A DNA stretch of 64,000 nucleotides, taken from NCBI RefSeq assembly GCF_000006765.1, contig NC_002516.2; one strand, given 5' to 3'. Every line of letters starts with the position of its first letter. The first letter of the stretch is position 1. A program made the translations under genes and the position numbers. Source of the DNA: Pseudomonas aeruginosa PAO1. GTDB taxonomy: Bacteria > Pseudomonadota > Gammaproteobacteria > Pseudomonadales > Pseudomonadaceae. The notes beneath the pieces were generated by a model that was not told the DNA's origin, ran no database searches, and worked only from the letters and a program-made list of their open reading frames with translations. Shown here piece by piece: positions 53,374-64,000 of the stretch.

Positions 53374-55479
53374 TTACACGCCGGAAGCTTCGGCGGCAGC
53401 CACGTCCTTGATCGACAGCTTGATGCGGCCACGGTTGTCCACGTCGAGCACCAGGACCTTCACTTCCTGGCCTTCCTGCAGCACGTCGGTGACCTTGTCG
53501 ATGCGCTTGTCGCTGATCTGCGAGATGTGCACCAGGCCGTCCTTGCCCGGCAGGATGTTGACGAAGGCACCGAAGTCGACGATGCGCTCCACCTTGCCGA
53601 CGTAGATCTTGCCGATCTCGGCTTCCGCGGTGATCGCCAGGACGCGCAGCTTGGCGGCCTCGGCGGCTTCCTTGGTTTCGCCGTAGATCTTCACGCTGCC
53701 ATCGTCCTCGATGTCGATCGAGGCCTTGGTCTCTTCGCAGATACCACGGATGGTCGCGCCGCCCTTGCCGATGACGTCGCGGATCTTGTCCGAGTCGATC
53801 TTCATCTGCAGCATGGTCGGGGCGTTCTCGGACAGCTCGGCGCGCGGCTTGGCGATGACCTGGTTCATCTGGCCGAGGATGTTCAGGCGAGCTTCCAGGG
53901 CCTGGCCCAGGGCGATCTCCATGATCTCTTCGGTGATACCGTTGATCTTGATGTCCATCTGCAGGGCGGTGACGCCCTTGTCGGTACCGGCAACCTTGAA
54001 GTCCATGTCGCCCAGGTGGTCCTCGTCACCGAGGATGTCGGTCAGGACGGCGAACTTCTCGCCTTCCTTGACCAGGCCCATGGCGATACCGGCGACCGGC
54101 GCCTTGACCGGCACACCGGCATCCATCAGCGCCAGGGAGGCGCCGCACACGGAGGCCATCGAGCTGGAACCGTTGGACTCGGTGATCTCGGAAACCACGC
54201 GAATGGTGTAGGGGAACTCGTCCTGGGTCGGCAGCATGGCGGCGACGCCACGACGGGCCAGACGGCCATGGCCGATTTCACGACGACCCGGGCTGCCCAT
54301 GCGGCCGCACTCGCCTACCGAGAACGGCGGGAAGTTGTAGTGCAGCATGAAGGCGTCCTTGCGCTCGCCTTCCAGGGTATCCAGCAGCTGGGCATCACGC
54401 GCGGTGCCGAGGGTCGCAACGACCAGGGCCTGGGTTTCGCCACGGGTGAACAGCGCGGAACCGTGGGTCTTGCCGAGCACGCCGACTTCGATGCGCAGCG
54501 GACGCACGGTACGGGTGTCACGACCGTCGATACGCGGCTTGCCGTTGACGATGTTCTCGCGAACGGTGCGGTATTCCAGCAGGCCGAATACGTCCTTGAC
54601 CTCGGAAGCCGGGAACTTGCCCTCTTCCTCGCCGGCGAACAGGGCCACGGCCTGGTCGCGCAGCTCGCCCAGACGGTTGTAGCGGTCCTGCTTGATGGTG
54701 ATGGTATAGGCCTGGGAGATCGCTTCGCCCAGCTCTGCCTTGATGGCGTTGACCAGCACGGTGTTTTCCGCCGGGGCTTTCCAGTCCCAGGCCGGCTTGC
54801 CAGCTTCGGCGGCCAGCTCCTTGACGGCACGGATCACCGCCTGGAACTCGTCATGGGCGAACAGCACGGCACCGAGCATCTGGTCTTCGGTCAGTTCGTC
54901 GGCCTCGGACTCCACCATCAGCACGGCGTCTTCGGTACCGGCCACGACCATGTCGAGGCTGGAACTCTGCAGTTGCTCGTAGGTGGGGTTGAGGATGTAG
55001 CCGATTTCCGGATGGAAACCGACGCGGGCGGCGCCGATCGGGCCGGCGAACGGAATGCCGGAGATCGCCAGGGCGGCGGAGGTGCCGATCATCGCGGCGA
55101 TGTCCGGATCGGACTTCTTGTTGGTGGAGACGACGGTGCAGACGACCTGCACTTCATTCATGAAACCTTCGGGGAACAGCGGACGGATCGGACGGTCGAT
55201 CAGGCGCGAGGTCAGGGTTTCCTTCTCGGAAGGACGTCCTTCACGCTTGAAGAAACCACCGGGGATACGGCCTGCGGCGTAGGTCTTTTCCTGGTAGTGC
55301 ACGGACAGCGGGAAGAAGTCGCGGCCTTCGGCCGGCGACTTGGCGCCGACCACGGTGACCAGCACGCTGACGTCGTCCATGGTGACCAGTACGGCGCCGG
55401 TGGCCTGGCGAGCGATACGGCCGGTCTCGAGAGTGACGGTCGACTGACCGAACTGGAATTGCTTGGTTACCGGGTTCAC
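53374..55479 (-). CDS. pnp: Polyribonucleotide nucleotidyltransferase
   Basis: [50 protein letters not shown] and S1 domains. Confidence 0.98.
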
Positions 55480-55562
55480 GGTGTCTTTACCTTCTATGTT
55501 GCCTTGGGGGAAATCGGTGGAATGCCGGGAGTCGGACCCGAATCGATTCCTAGAAAGCGCGA

Positions 55563-55623
55563 AGCTGGAAGCCCGACGCCGATACCCGCCTCGTGTGCGG
55601 GTATCGACGCCAGACTTCCAGCT
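55563..55623 (-). promoter_or_regulatory. 27-bp RNA helix in the pnp leader (RNase III-type substrate)
   Basis: Contiguous 27-bp pairing on the minus strand only, with four G-U pairs and a 7-nt loop. Confidence 0.75.
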
Positions 55624-55652
55624 CCTTGCTTCAAGCTGCCGACCGGCGTCGC

Positions 55653-55922
55653 TTAGCGACGCAGACCCAGACGGCCGATCAGGGCAGTGTAGCGAGACAC
55701 GTCTTTGCCCTTCAGGTAGTCCAGCAGCTTACGGCGCTGGTTAACCATACGGATCAGACCACGGCGGGAATGGTGATCCTTGCCGTTGGCCTTGAAGTGA
55801 TCCTGCAGCTTGTTGATGTTGGCGGACAGCAGGGCTACCTGCACTTCCGGGGAACCGGTGTCGCCTTCAGCTTGCTTGTATTCGTTAACGATCTGCGCTT
55901 TTTCTTCAACGCTCAGTGCCAT
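55653..55922 (-). CDS. rpsO: 30S ribosomal protein S15
   Basis: [37 protein letters not shown]. Confidence 0.99.
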
Positions 55923-56017
55923 GATGGGCTTCCTCTGAGTGAACAGGCCGGGAATCGCTTCCCGTGTTTTAAAAGGAGGAATGACCGTGCCTGCTGACAG
56001 CCACCCTCGTATCGGTC

Positions 56018-56932
56018 TTATGACCGAATCAGTCGACGCGGGGCGATACGCCCGTCGTCGGTCACTTCACCGATACCGATGAAACGACCTGTGTGATCCT
56101 GCACCCGCAGCCAGCCGAACTTCGGCGCTTCCGGGGCCCGCACCGGCTGCCCGTGCAGCCAGTAGTACGCACTGTGCTCGGACAACTGCAACACCGGCCA
56201 ATGCAACAGGCCGCTGTCTTCCGGCATCAGGAATTGGTCCAGCGCTTCCGGACCACCTTCGGCATGCACGCGTTCGAGCGTCTCGAGGGTGATCGCCTGG
56301 GCCAGGGCGAACGGCCCGGCCTGGGTCCGCCGCAGTGCCGCGACGTGCGCGCCGCAGCCCAGGACCTGGCCGAGATCTTCCACCAGCGTACGCACGTAGG
56401 TGCCTTTGCTGCAGGAAACGGCCAGGGTCGCACAGGGCGGCTCGAAGGAGAGCAAATCCAGGCGCGTAATAGTAACAGAACGCGCCTCGCGCTCCACTAC
56501 CTCTCCTGCACGGGCGAGCTTGTACAGCGGCTGTCCGTCTTTCTTCAGCGCCGAGTACATCGGCGGCACCTGCTCTATGTCGCCACGGAAGCGCGGCAGG
56601 GCCTGTTCGAGATCGTCCCGACCGACGGTCACGTCCCGCTCGGCGAGCAGTTCGCCCTCGGCGTCGCCGGTGGTGGTGGTGATGCCCATGCGCATCACCG
56701 TCTCGTAACCCTTGTCGGCATCGAGAAGATACTGGGAGAACTTGGTCGCCTCGCCGAAGCACAGCGGCAGCACCCCGGTGGCCAGCGGGTCGAGGCTGCC
56801 GGTGTGGCCGGCCTTCTCGGCATTGAGCAGCCAGCGGACTTTCTGCAGTGCCTGGTTGGAACTCATGCCGCGCGGCTTGTCGAGCACCAGGATGCCGCTG
56901 ATGGAGCGGCGGATACGCTTCACCTGGGCCAC
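56018..56932 (-). CDS. truB: tRNA pseudouridine(55) synthase
   Basis: [43 protein letters not shown] start at 56932. Confidence 0.97.
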
Positions 56933-56934
56933 GC

Positions 56935-57324
56935 TCAGTCCTCGGTCTCGTCGCCGTGGCGGCGGCCGTCTTCGGCCACCGCACGCTCGATCAGCGCCGA
57001 CAGCTCGGCGCCGCGGCGGATGCTTTCGTCGTAGTGGAAATGCAGTTGCGGCACGCTGCGCAGCTTCATCGACTTGCCCAGCAGCATGCGCAGGTAGCCG
57101 GCGGCGTCGTTGAGGATTTCCATGTTCAGGGCGATCTTGCCGGCATCGTCCTGGCCCATGACGGTGATGAACACCTTGGCGTGCGCCACGTCGCGGCTGA
57201 CCTCGACACCGGTGATGGTGACCAGGCCCAGGCGCGGGTCCTTGATCTCGCGCTGGATCAGTTGAGCCAGTTCGCGTTGCATCTGATCGCCGATACGCTG
57301 GGTACGGCTGTAGTCTTTTGCCAT
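56935..57324 (-). CDS. rbfA: Ribosome-binding factor A
   Basis: [34 protein letters not shown]. Confidence 0.97.
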   Translation of the reverse strand: MAKDYSRTQRIGDQMQRELAQLIQREIKDPRLGLVTITGVEVSRDVAHAKVFITVMGQDDAGKIALNMEILNDAAGYLRMLLGKSMKLRSVPQLHFHYDESIRRGAELSALIERAVAEDGRRHGDETED

Positions 57325-57359
57325 TTTTCAACCTGCCTCCAGCGACACCCGGTCACTGG

Positions 57360-57407
57360 AAAAAAAAGCGACAAACGCCCGGGACAGCTGGAAGCCGGCC
57401 CGGGCGC
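57360..57407 (-). terminator. Terminator/attenuator-like hairpin between infB and rbfA
   Basis: CGCCCGGG...CCCGGGCG stem followed on the minus strand by TTTGTCGCTTTTTTTT. Confidence 0.5.
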
Positions 57408-57426
57408 TGTGGTTACGCACTCGCCA

Positions 57427-59949
<2,523 letters not shown>

Positions 59950-59976
59950 GCACTTCTCTCCTCAGGCCGCGACTGC

Positions 59977-61458
59977 TTACTCGAACCAATGGGCCCGGGC
60001 GGCCATGATCAACTTGCCGGCACGCTCTTCGTCCATGCCGTCGATGTCGAGCAGATCGTCGATCGATTGCTCGGCCAGATCTTCACGGGTGGTTACGCCA
60101 CGCAGCGCCAGGTCCAGGGCCAGCTCCTTGCTCATGCCATCGAGGCTGAGCAGGTCTTCTGCCGGTTGTGCGTCGGCGAGCTTCTCTTCGGTCGCAATGG
60201 CCTTGGTCAGCAGGCGATCCTTGGCACGGGAGCGCAGCTCGTTGACGATGTCTTCGTCGAAGCCATCGATGCTGAGCATCTCTTCCATCGGTACGTAGGC
60301 GATTTCCTCAAGAGTCGTGAAGCCCTCTTCCACCAGTACCTGGGCCAGTTCCTCGTCGACATCCAGCTCGTCGACGAAGCGCTGCAGGATATCCCCGGTC
60401 TCGGCCTGTTGCTTGGCCTGGATATCCGCCTCGGTCATCACATTCAGGGTCCAGCCGGTCAACTGGCTGGCCAGACGGACGTTCTGGCCACTGCGGCCGA
60501 TAGCCTGCGCCAGATTGTCCTCGGCGACGGCGATATCCATGGTATGGGTATCCTCGTCGACGATGATCGCCGCCACCTCGGCCGGAGCCATGGCGTTGAT
60601 CACGAATTGCGCCGGGTTGTCGTCCCACAGGACGATGTCCACCCGCTCTCCACCGATCTCGCCGGATACCGCCTGGACGCGCGAACCGCGCATACCGATG
60701 CAGGCGCCCTGCGGGTCGATGCGCTTGTCCTTGGAACGAACGGCGATCTTGGCGCGCGAGCCCGGGTCACGGGCGGCGGCCATCACGTCGATCAACTGCT
60801 CGGCGATTTCCGGTACTTCGATGCGGAACAGCTCGATCAGCATTTCCGGCGCGGTACGCGACAGGACCAGCTGAGGACCGCGGTTCTCGGTACGGATCTC
60901 CTTCAGCAGGGCACGCACGCGGGTGCCAACGCGGAAGGTCTCGCGTGGAATGATCTGGTCGCGGGCCAGCAGCGCCTCGGCGTTGTTGCCGAGATCGACG
61001 ATGACGTTGTCGCGGGTGACCTTCTTCACGGTACCGGAAATGATCTCGCCGACCTTCTCGCGGTAGGCATCGACCACCTGGGCGCGCTCGGCCTCGCGGA
61101 CCTTCTGCACGATGACCTGCTTGGCAGTCTGCGCAGCGATGCGGCCGAACTCGATGGATTCGATCTTTTCTTCGATGACCTCGCCGACCTTCGCGCCCGG
61201 CTTCTGCTCCTGGACGTCCTCGACGGTGATCTCGGTGGCGGGGTCCTGGTAGTCCTCGTCGGCGACGACGTGCCAACGACGGAAAGTCTCGTAGCTGCCG
61301 TTATGACGATTGATCTCGACGCGCAGGTCGACCTCGTCCTCGAAACGTTTCTTGGTGGCGGTCGCCAGAGCCAGCTCCAGCGCCTCGAAAATCACGCCGG
61401 CCGGTACGCCCTTTTCGTTGGATACCGACTCAACAACCAGCAGTACTTCTTTGCTCAT
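59977..61458 (-). CDS. nusA: Transcription termination/antitermination factor NusA
   Basis: S1/KH domains, [32 protein letters not shown], two acidic repeats. Confidence 0.98.
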   Translation of the reverse strand: MSKEVLLVVESVSNEKGVPAGVIFEALELALATATKKRFEDEVDLRVEINRHNGSYETFRRWHVVADEDYQDPATEITVEDVQEQKPGAKVGEVIEEKIESIEFGRIAAQTAKQVIVQKVREAERAQVVDAYREKVGEIISGTVKKVTRDNVIVDLGNNAEALLARDQIIPRETFRVGTRVRALLKEIRTENRGPQLVLSRTAPEMLIELFRIEVPEIAEQLIDVMAAARDPGSRAKIAVRSKDKRIDPQGACIGMRGSRVQAVSGEIGGERVDIVLWDDNPAQFVINAMAPAEVAAIIVDEDTHTMDIAVAEDNLAQAIGRSGQNVRLASQLTGWTLNVMTEADIQAKQQAETGDILQRFVDELDVDEELAQVLVEEGFTTLEEIAYVPMEEMLSIDGFDEDIVNELRSRAKDRLLTKAIATEEKLADAQPAEDLLSLDGMSKELALDLALRGVTTREDLAEQSIDDLLDIDGMDEERAGKLIMAARAHWFE

Positions 61459-61502
61459 TGTACGCCTCGCCTTTCAATCCATTGGATCCGCGGATTCGCG
61501 TC

Positions 61503-61961
61503 TCAATCAAAACGGGGAATGATGTTGGCCTTGTCGATCGAATCGATCGGCAGCAGGTACTCGTGATCGTCCACCAGGACCACCACATCCTGCTCCTCCA
61601 CACCACGGAGAATGCCTTGGTAGTTACGCCGCCCCTCATAGGGCGAACGCAGCCTGATCTTCACTTGCTCGCCGGCATGCTTGGCGAACTGTTCGAGGGT
61701 GAACAGCGGCCGATCCATGCCCGGAGAGGACACCTCCAGGGTGTACTCGCCGCTGATCGGGTCTTCGACGTCGAGAATACCGCTGACCTGCCGACTGACG
61801 GCTTCACAGTCATCGATGAGGATGCCTTCGGGGCGGTCGATATAGACGCGCAACACCGAATGACGACCCTGGGAAATGAACTCGACGCCCCAGCACTCAT
61901 AGCCGAGCGCCTCGACCACAGGGGCCAGCAAGGCCTGCAACTGTTCTAGCTTGCTCGACAC
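61503..61961 (-). CDS. rimP: Ribosome maturation factor RimP
   Basis: [38 protein letters not shown] start at 61961. Confidence 0.97.
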   Translation of the reverse strand: MSSKLEQLQALLAPVVEALGYECWGVEFISQGRHSVLRVYIDRPEGILIDDCEAVSRQVSGILDVEDPISGEYTLEVSSPGMDRPLFTLEQFAKHAGEQVKIRLRSPYEGRRNYQGILRGVEEQDVVVLVDDHEYLLPIDSIDKANIIPRFD

Positions 61962-61989
61962 CTGATCGCCTCGCGTATGTCGTAGAAAC

Positions 61990-62011
61990 AAAAAATGGGC
62001 GAAACGCCCAT
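61990..62011 (-). promoter_or_regulatory. rimP leader hairpin with a U-tract
   Basis: ATGGGCG-TTT-CGCCCAT followed by TTTTT on the minus strand, like the conserved GGGC...GCCC rimP leader. Confidence 0.65.
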
Positions 62012-62056
62012 CCCTAAATTGCCACTCGGAACCGTGGCATGGACTGTCCAGCTAAC

Positions 62057-62077
62057 AAAAAGCCCCTAAAAAGGGGC
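62057..62077 (-). terminator. Terminator downstream of tRNA-Met
   Basis: GCCCCT-tttt-AGGGGC followed by TTTTT on the minus strand. Confidence 0.65.
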
Positions 62078-62087
62078 CCTGAAAAAC

Positions 62088-62164
<77 letters not shown>

Positions 62165-62180
62165 TCAAAGCTGGTGCAAG

Positions 62181-62209
62181 ATTATACGACCGACACCCTG
62201 ATGGGTCAA
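62181..62209 (-). promoter_or_regulatory. sigma70 promoter of the tRNA-Met-rimP-nusA-infB operon
   Basis: TTGACC (62209-62204), 17 nt, TATAAT (62186-62181). Confidence 0.9.
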
Positions 62210-62225
62210 CCGAACCTTGCGGAGA

Positions 62226-62248
62226 CAAACCCCGCAGGACGGGGCTTG
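62226..62248 (-). terminator. Hairpin after tRNA-Leu
   Basis: CAAGCCCCG-tcctg-CGGGGTTTG, with the G-U pair on the minus strand. Confidence 0.5.
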
Positions 62249-62254
62249 CTTATA

Positions 62255-62340
62255 TGGTACCGAGGAGGGGACTCGAACCCCTACAGCCTATGGCCACTAC
62301 CACCTCAAGGTAGCGTGTCTACCAATTCCACCACCTCGGC
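62255..62340 (-). tRNA. tRNA-Leu (GAG)
   Basis: GCCGAGGTGGTGGAATTGGTAGACACGCTACC-TTGAGGT-GGTAG, long variable arm, TTCGA loop, CCA end, 86 nt. Confidence 0.97.
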
Positions 62341-62353
62341 AGAAACCTTTCTC

Positions 62354-62743
62354 TTACTTCTGTTCAGGAGCCGCCGGTACATCGCCTGCACTTTCCGCAG
62401 GCTTGGACTGCTCCTGAAGAACCGGCACATCGTCAGCGGCCGGTGCTTTCTCTTGCTTCTGCTCCAGAACTGCCGGATCCGGCAGTCCGATGTGTTGCAG
62501 AGCATCAGACTTTTCTTTAGCGAAGTACGCTAAGCCAAGGCTGGTCAAGAAAAAAACCGCTGCCAGTATACCAGTAATCCGACTCAAAAAGGTAGCGGAA
62601 CCTTGGCTTCCGAAAACAGTTGCCGAAGCACCTGCACCGAAAGAAGCCCCTGCATCCGCACCCTTGCCATGCTGAACGAGGATCAGGCCAACAAGACCCA
62701 ATGCCATCAGCAGATGCACGACAATTACGACCTTTTCCAGCAT
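62354..62743 (-). CDS. secG: Preprotein translocase subunit SecG
   Basis: [38 protein letters not shown]. Confidence 0.97.
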   Translation of the reverse strand: MLEKVVIVVHLLMALGLVGLILVQHGKGADAGASFGAGASATVFGSQGSATFLSRITGILAAVFFLTSLGLAYFAKEKSDALQHIGLPDPAVLEQKQEKAPAADDVPVLQEQSKPAESAGDVPAAPEQK

Positions 62744-62745
62744 CT

Positions 62746-63501
62746 TCAGCTTCCCGCGGCACGACAGATCGCGCCGAACTCATCCGCATTGAGGGAGGCT
62801 CCACCTACCAGCCCCCCATCGATATCCGGCATGCCGAACAACTCGGCTGCACTTGCCGCCTTTACACTGCCGCCGTAAAGGAGTCGCACACCTTTTGCGA
62901 CCTCGGCATTTTCCGCTGCCAGTTGCGCGCGGATCGCCGCGTGCACTTCCTGGGCTTGCGCGGGGGACGCGGTCAACCCGGTCCCGATCGCCCAGACCGG
63001 CTCGTAAGCCACGACTGCGCGAGCAAAAGCTCCAACACCCAACTCGTCGATCACGCTTCCCAGCTGCCTTGCGACAACCTCCAGCGTCTTGCCCGCCTCG
63101 CGCTCCGCCCGGGTCTCCCCGACACACAGCACCGGCACCAGGCCGCACGACTGAGCCGCGGCAAACTTGCGACTCACAACCTCGTCACTCTCGCCGAGAA
63201 TCAGGCGACGCTCCGAGTGGCCCACAAGGACCATGCTACAACCGACATCCGCCAACTGACTGGGAGCAGTCTCACCGGTCAGCGCGCCTTGCATCGGCTC
63301 GACGGCGCTGTTCTGCGCACCTACATCGATCGCCTTGCCGGCCAGGCCCTGGATGACCTGGCTGATGAACAAGCAAGGCGGCATCACAGCCACATCGACT
63401 CCGCTCGGCAACGCCAGCTGACGCAAGCCTTTGATCAACTCGGCCACACTGGAATGCGTACCGTGCATTTTCCAGTTACCGGCCACCAAGGGTCGACGCA
63501 T
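62746..63501 (-). CDS. tpiA: Triosephosphate isomerase
   Basis: [38 protein letters not shown]. Confidence 0.98.
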   Translation of the reverse strand: MRRPLVAGNWKMHGTHSSVAELIKGLRQLALPSGVDVAVMPPCLFISQVIQGLAGKAIDVGAQNSAVEPMQGALTGETAPSQLADVGCSMVLVGHSERRLILGESDEVVSRKFAAAQSCGLVPVLCVGETRAEREAGKTLEVVARQLGSVIDELGVGAFARAVVAYEPVWAIGTGLTASPAQAQEVHAAIRAQLAAENAEVAKGVRLLYGGSVKAASAAELFGMPDIDGGLVGGASLNADEFGAICRAAGS

Positions 63502-63531
63502 GCTGTACCTCGCGGGGCAAAGTGGGCGCAG

Positions 63532-63560
63532 ATGTTACTCAACAGTTTCCAGACTGGCAA
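63532..63560 (-). promoter_or_regulatory. Candidate sigma70 promoter of tpiA-secG-tRNA-Leu
   Basis: TTGCCA (63560-63555), 17 nt, TAACAT (63537-63532). Confidence 0.6.
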
Positions 63561-63566
63561 GCAAAA

Positions 63567-64000
63567 TCAAGCACATACCTCAGAAACAATTTTTGCCAGC
63601 TGTTCGGCGTGGGCACGAACGCTAGCTTCCTCGTCGCCCTCGACCATCACCCGGACCAACGGCTCTGTGCCGGATTTGCGCAGCAGGACACGACCGCGAC
63701 CGCCCATTTGCTCGGTGACGCGGACGCTGGCCTCCTTCACCGAGGGGTGCTCGAGCGGATCGTTTTCGCCCTTGAAGCGCACATTGATCAACACCTGGGG
63801 GCACTTGCGAATCCCCTGGCGCGCCTCTGCCAGGGTCTGGCCGCGATGCTTGAGCGCCATCAGCACCTGTAGCGCCGCGATGATGGCATCGCCCGTCGTG
63901 GTGTTCTGGCAGCAGACGATATGCCCCGAATTCTCCCCTCCCAGCATCCAGTTCCGAGCCAGCAGTTCGGCCATCACATAGCGATCGCCGACCTTCGCCC
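63567..64000 (-). CDS. glmM: Phosphoglucosamine mutase (C-terminal part, truncated by the window)
   Basis: [51 protein letters not shown]. Confidence 0.95.
   Translation of the reverse strand, partial: AKVGDRYVMAELLARNWMLGGENSGHIVCCQNTTTGDAIIAALQVLMALKHRGQTLAEARQGIRKCPQVLINVRFKGENDPLEHPSVKEASVRVTEQMGGRGRVLLRKSGTEPLVRVMVEGDEEASVRAHAEQLAKIVSEVCA

Noticed and set aside
59957-59964. PrrF seed match at the infB RBS
   Set aside because: It is simply a strong GAGGAG SD with poor extension. Used as a control showing that the 8-mer is non-specific.
63533-63538. TGTTAC upstream of tpiA as a CbrB site
   Set aside because: A single half-site that is explained by the -10 element TAACAT.

Overview
This is a high-GC Pseudomonas aeruginosa core-chromosome segment. 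From memory (not checked by search), gene content and order match PAO1 PA4691-PA4749. In order it carries msrQP, pssA, ilvCHI, lpoP-mrcB, a kinase/ATPase-pentapeptide-TfoX-cbpA cluster, the tandem Fur-regulated sRNAs prrF1/prrF2 (PrrH read-through), the phuWVUTS/phuR heme-uptake locus, several uncharacterised envelope and metabolic genes, trmA, sfsA, dksA-gluQ, cbrX-cbrAB-crcZ, pcnB-folK-panBCD, pgi, acsB, a DUF748 AsmA-like gene with two DUF2845 genes, a BON/CsbD stress pair, and the pnp-rpsO-truB-rbfA-infB-nusA-rimP-tRNA-Met-tRNA-Leu-secG-tpiA-glmM block. I see no mobile element, CRISPR array, prophage or frameshifted gene, and no wholly new protein system. The most promising unexplained signals are non-coding: (1) a complete sigma54 promoter with an IHF site and tandem TTGCA-N3-TGCAA enhancer-like boxes in front of the BON/CsbD genes; (2) a roughly 70-nt long-stem hairpin opening the approximately 250-nt leader of an NCS2 purine-type permease; (3) a 29-codon uORF with its own SD overlapping the SD-less pcnB start; (4) an apparently leaderless mrcB promoter with a perfect DnaA box in its spacer; (5) a 10-bp stem that buries the msrP ribosome-binding site; (6) GTAAC repeats upstream of panB; (7) PrrF seed complementarity at the phuS/phuT junction. 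The 58-aa cbrX gene is absent from the ORF track. All positions, alignments and counts were done by hand, and family names come from motif recognition, not database searches.
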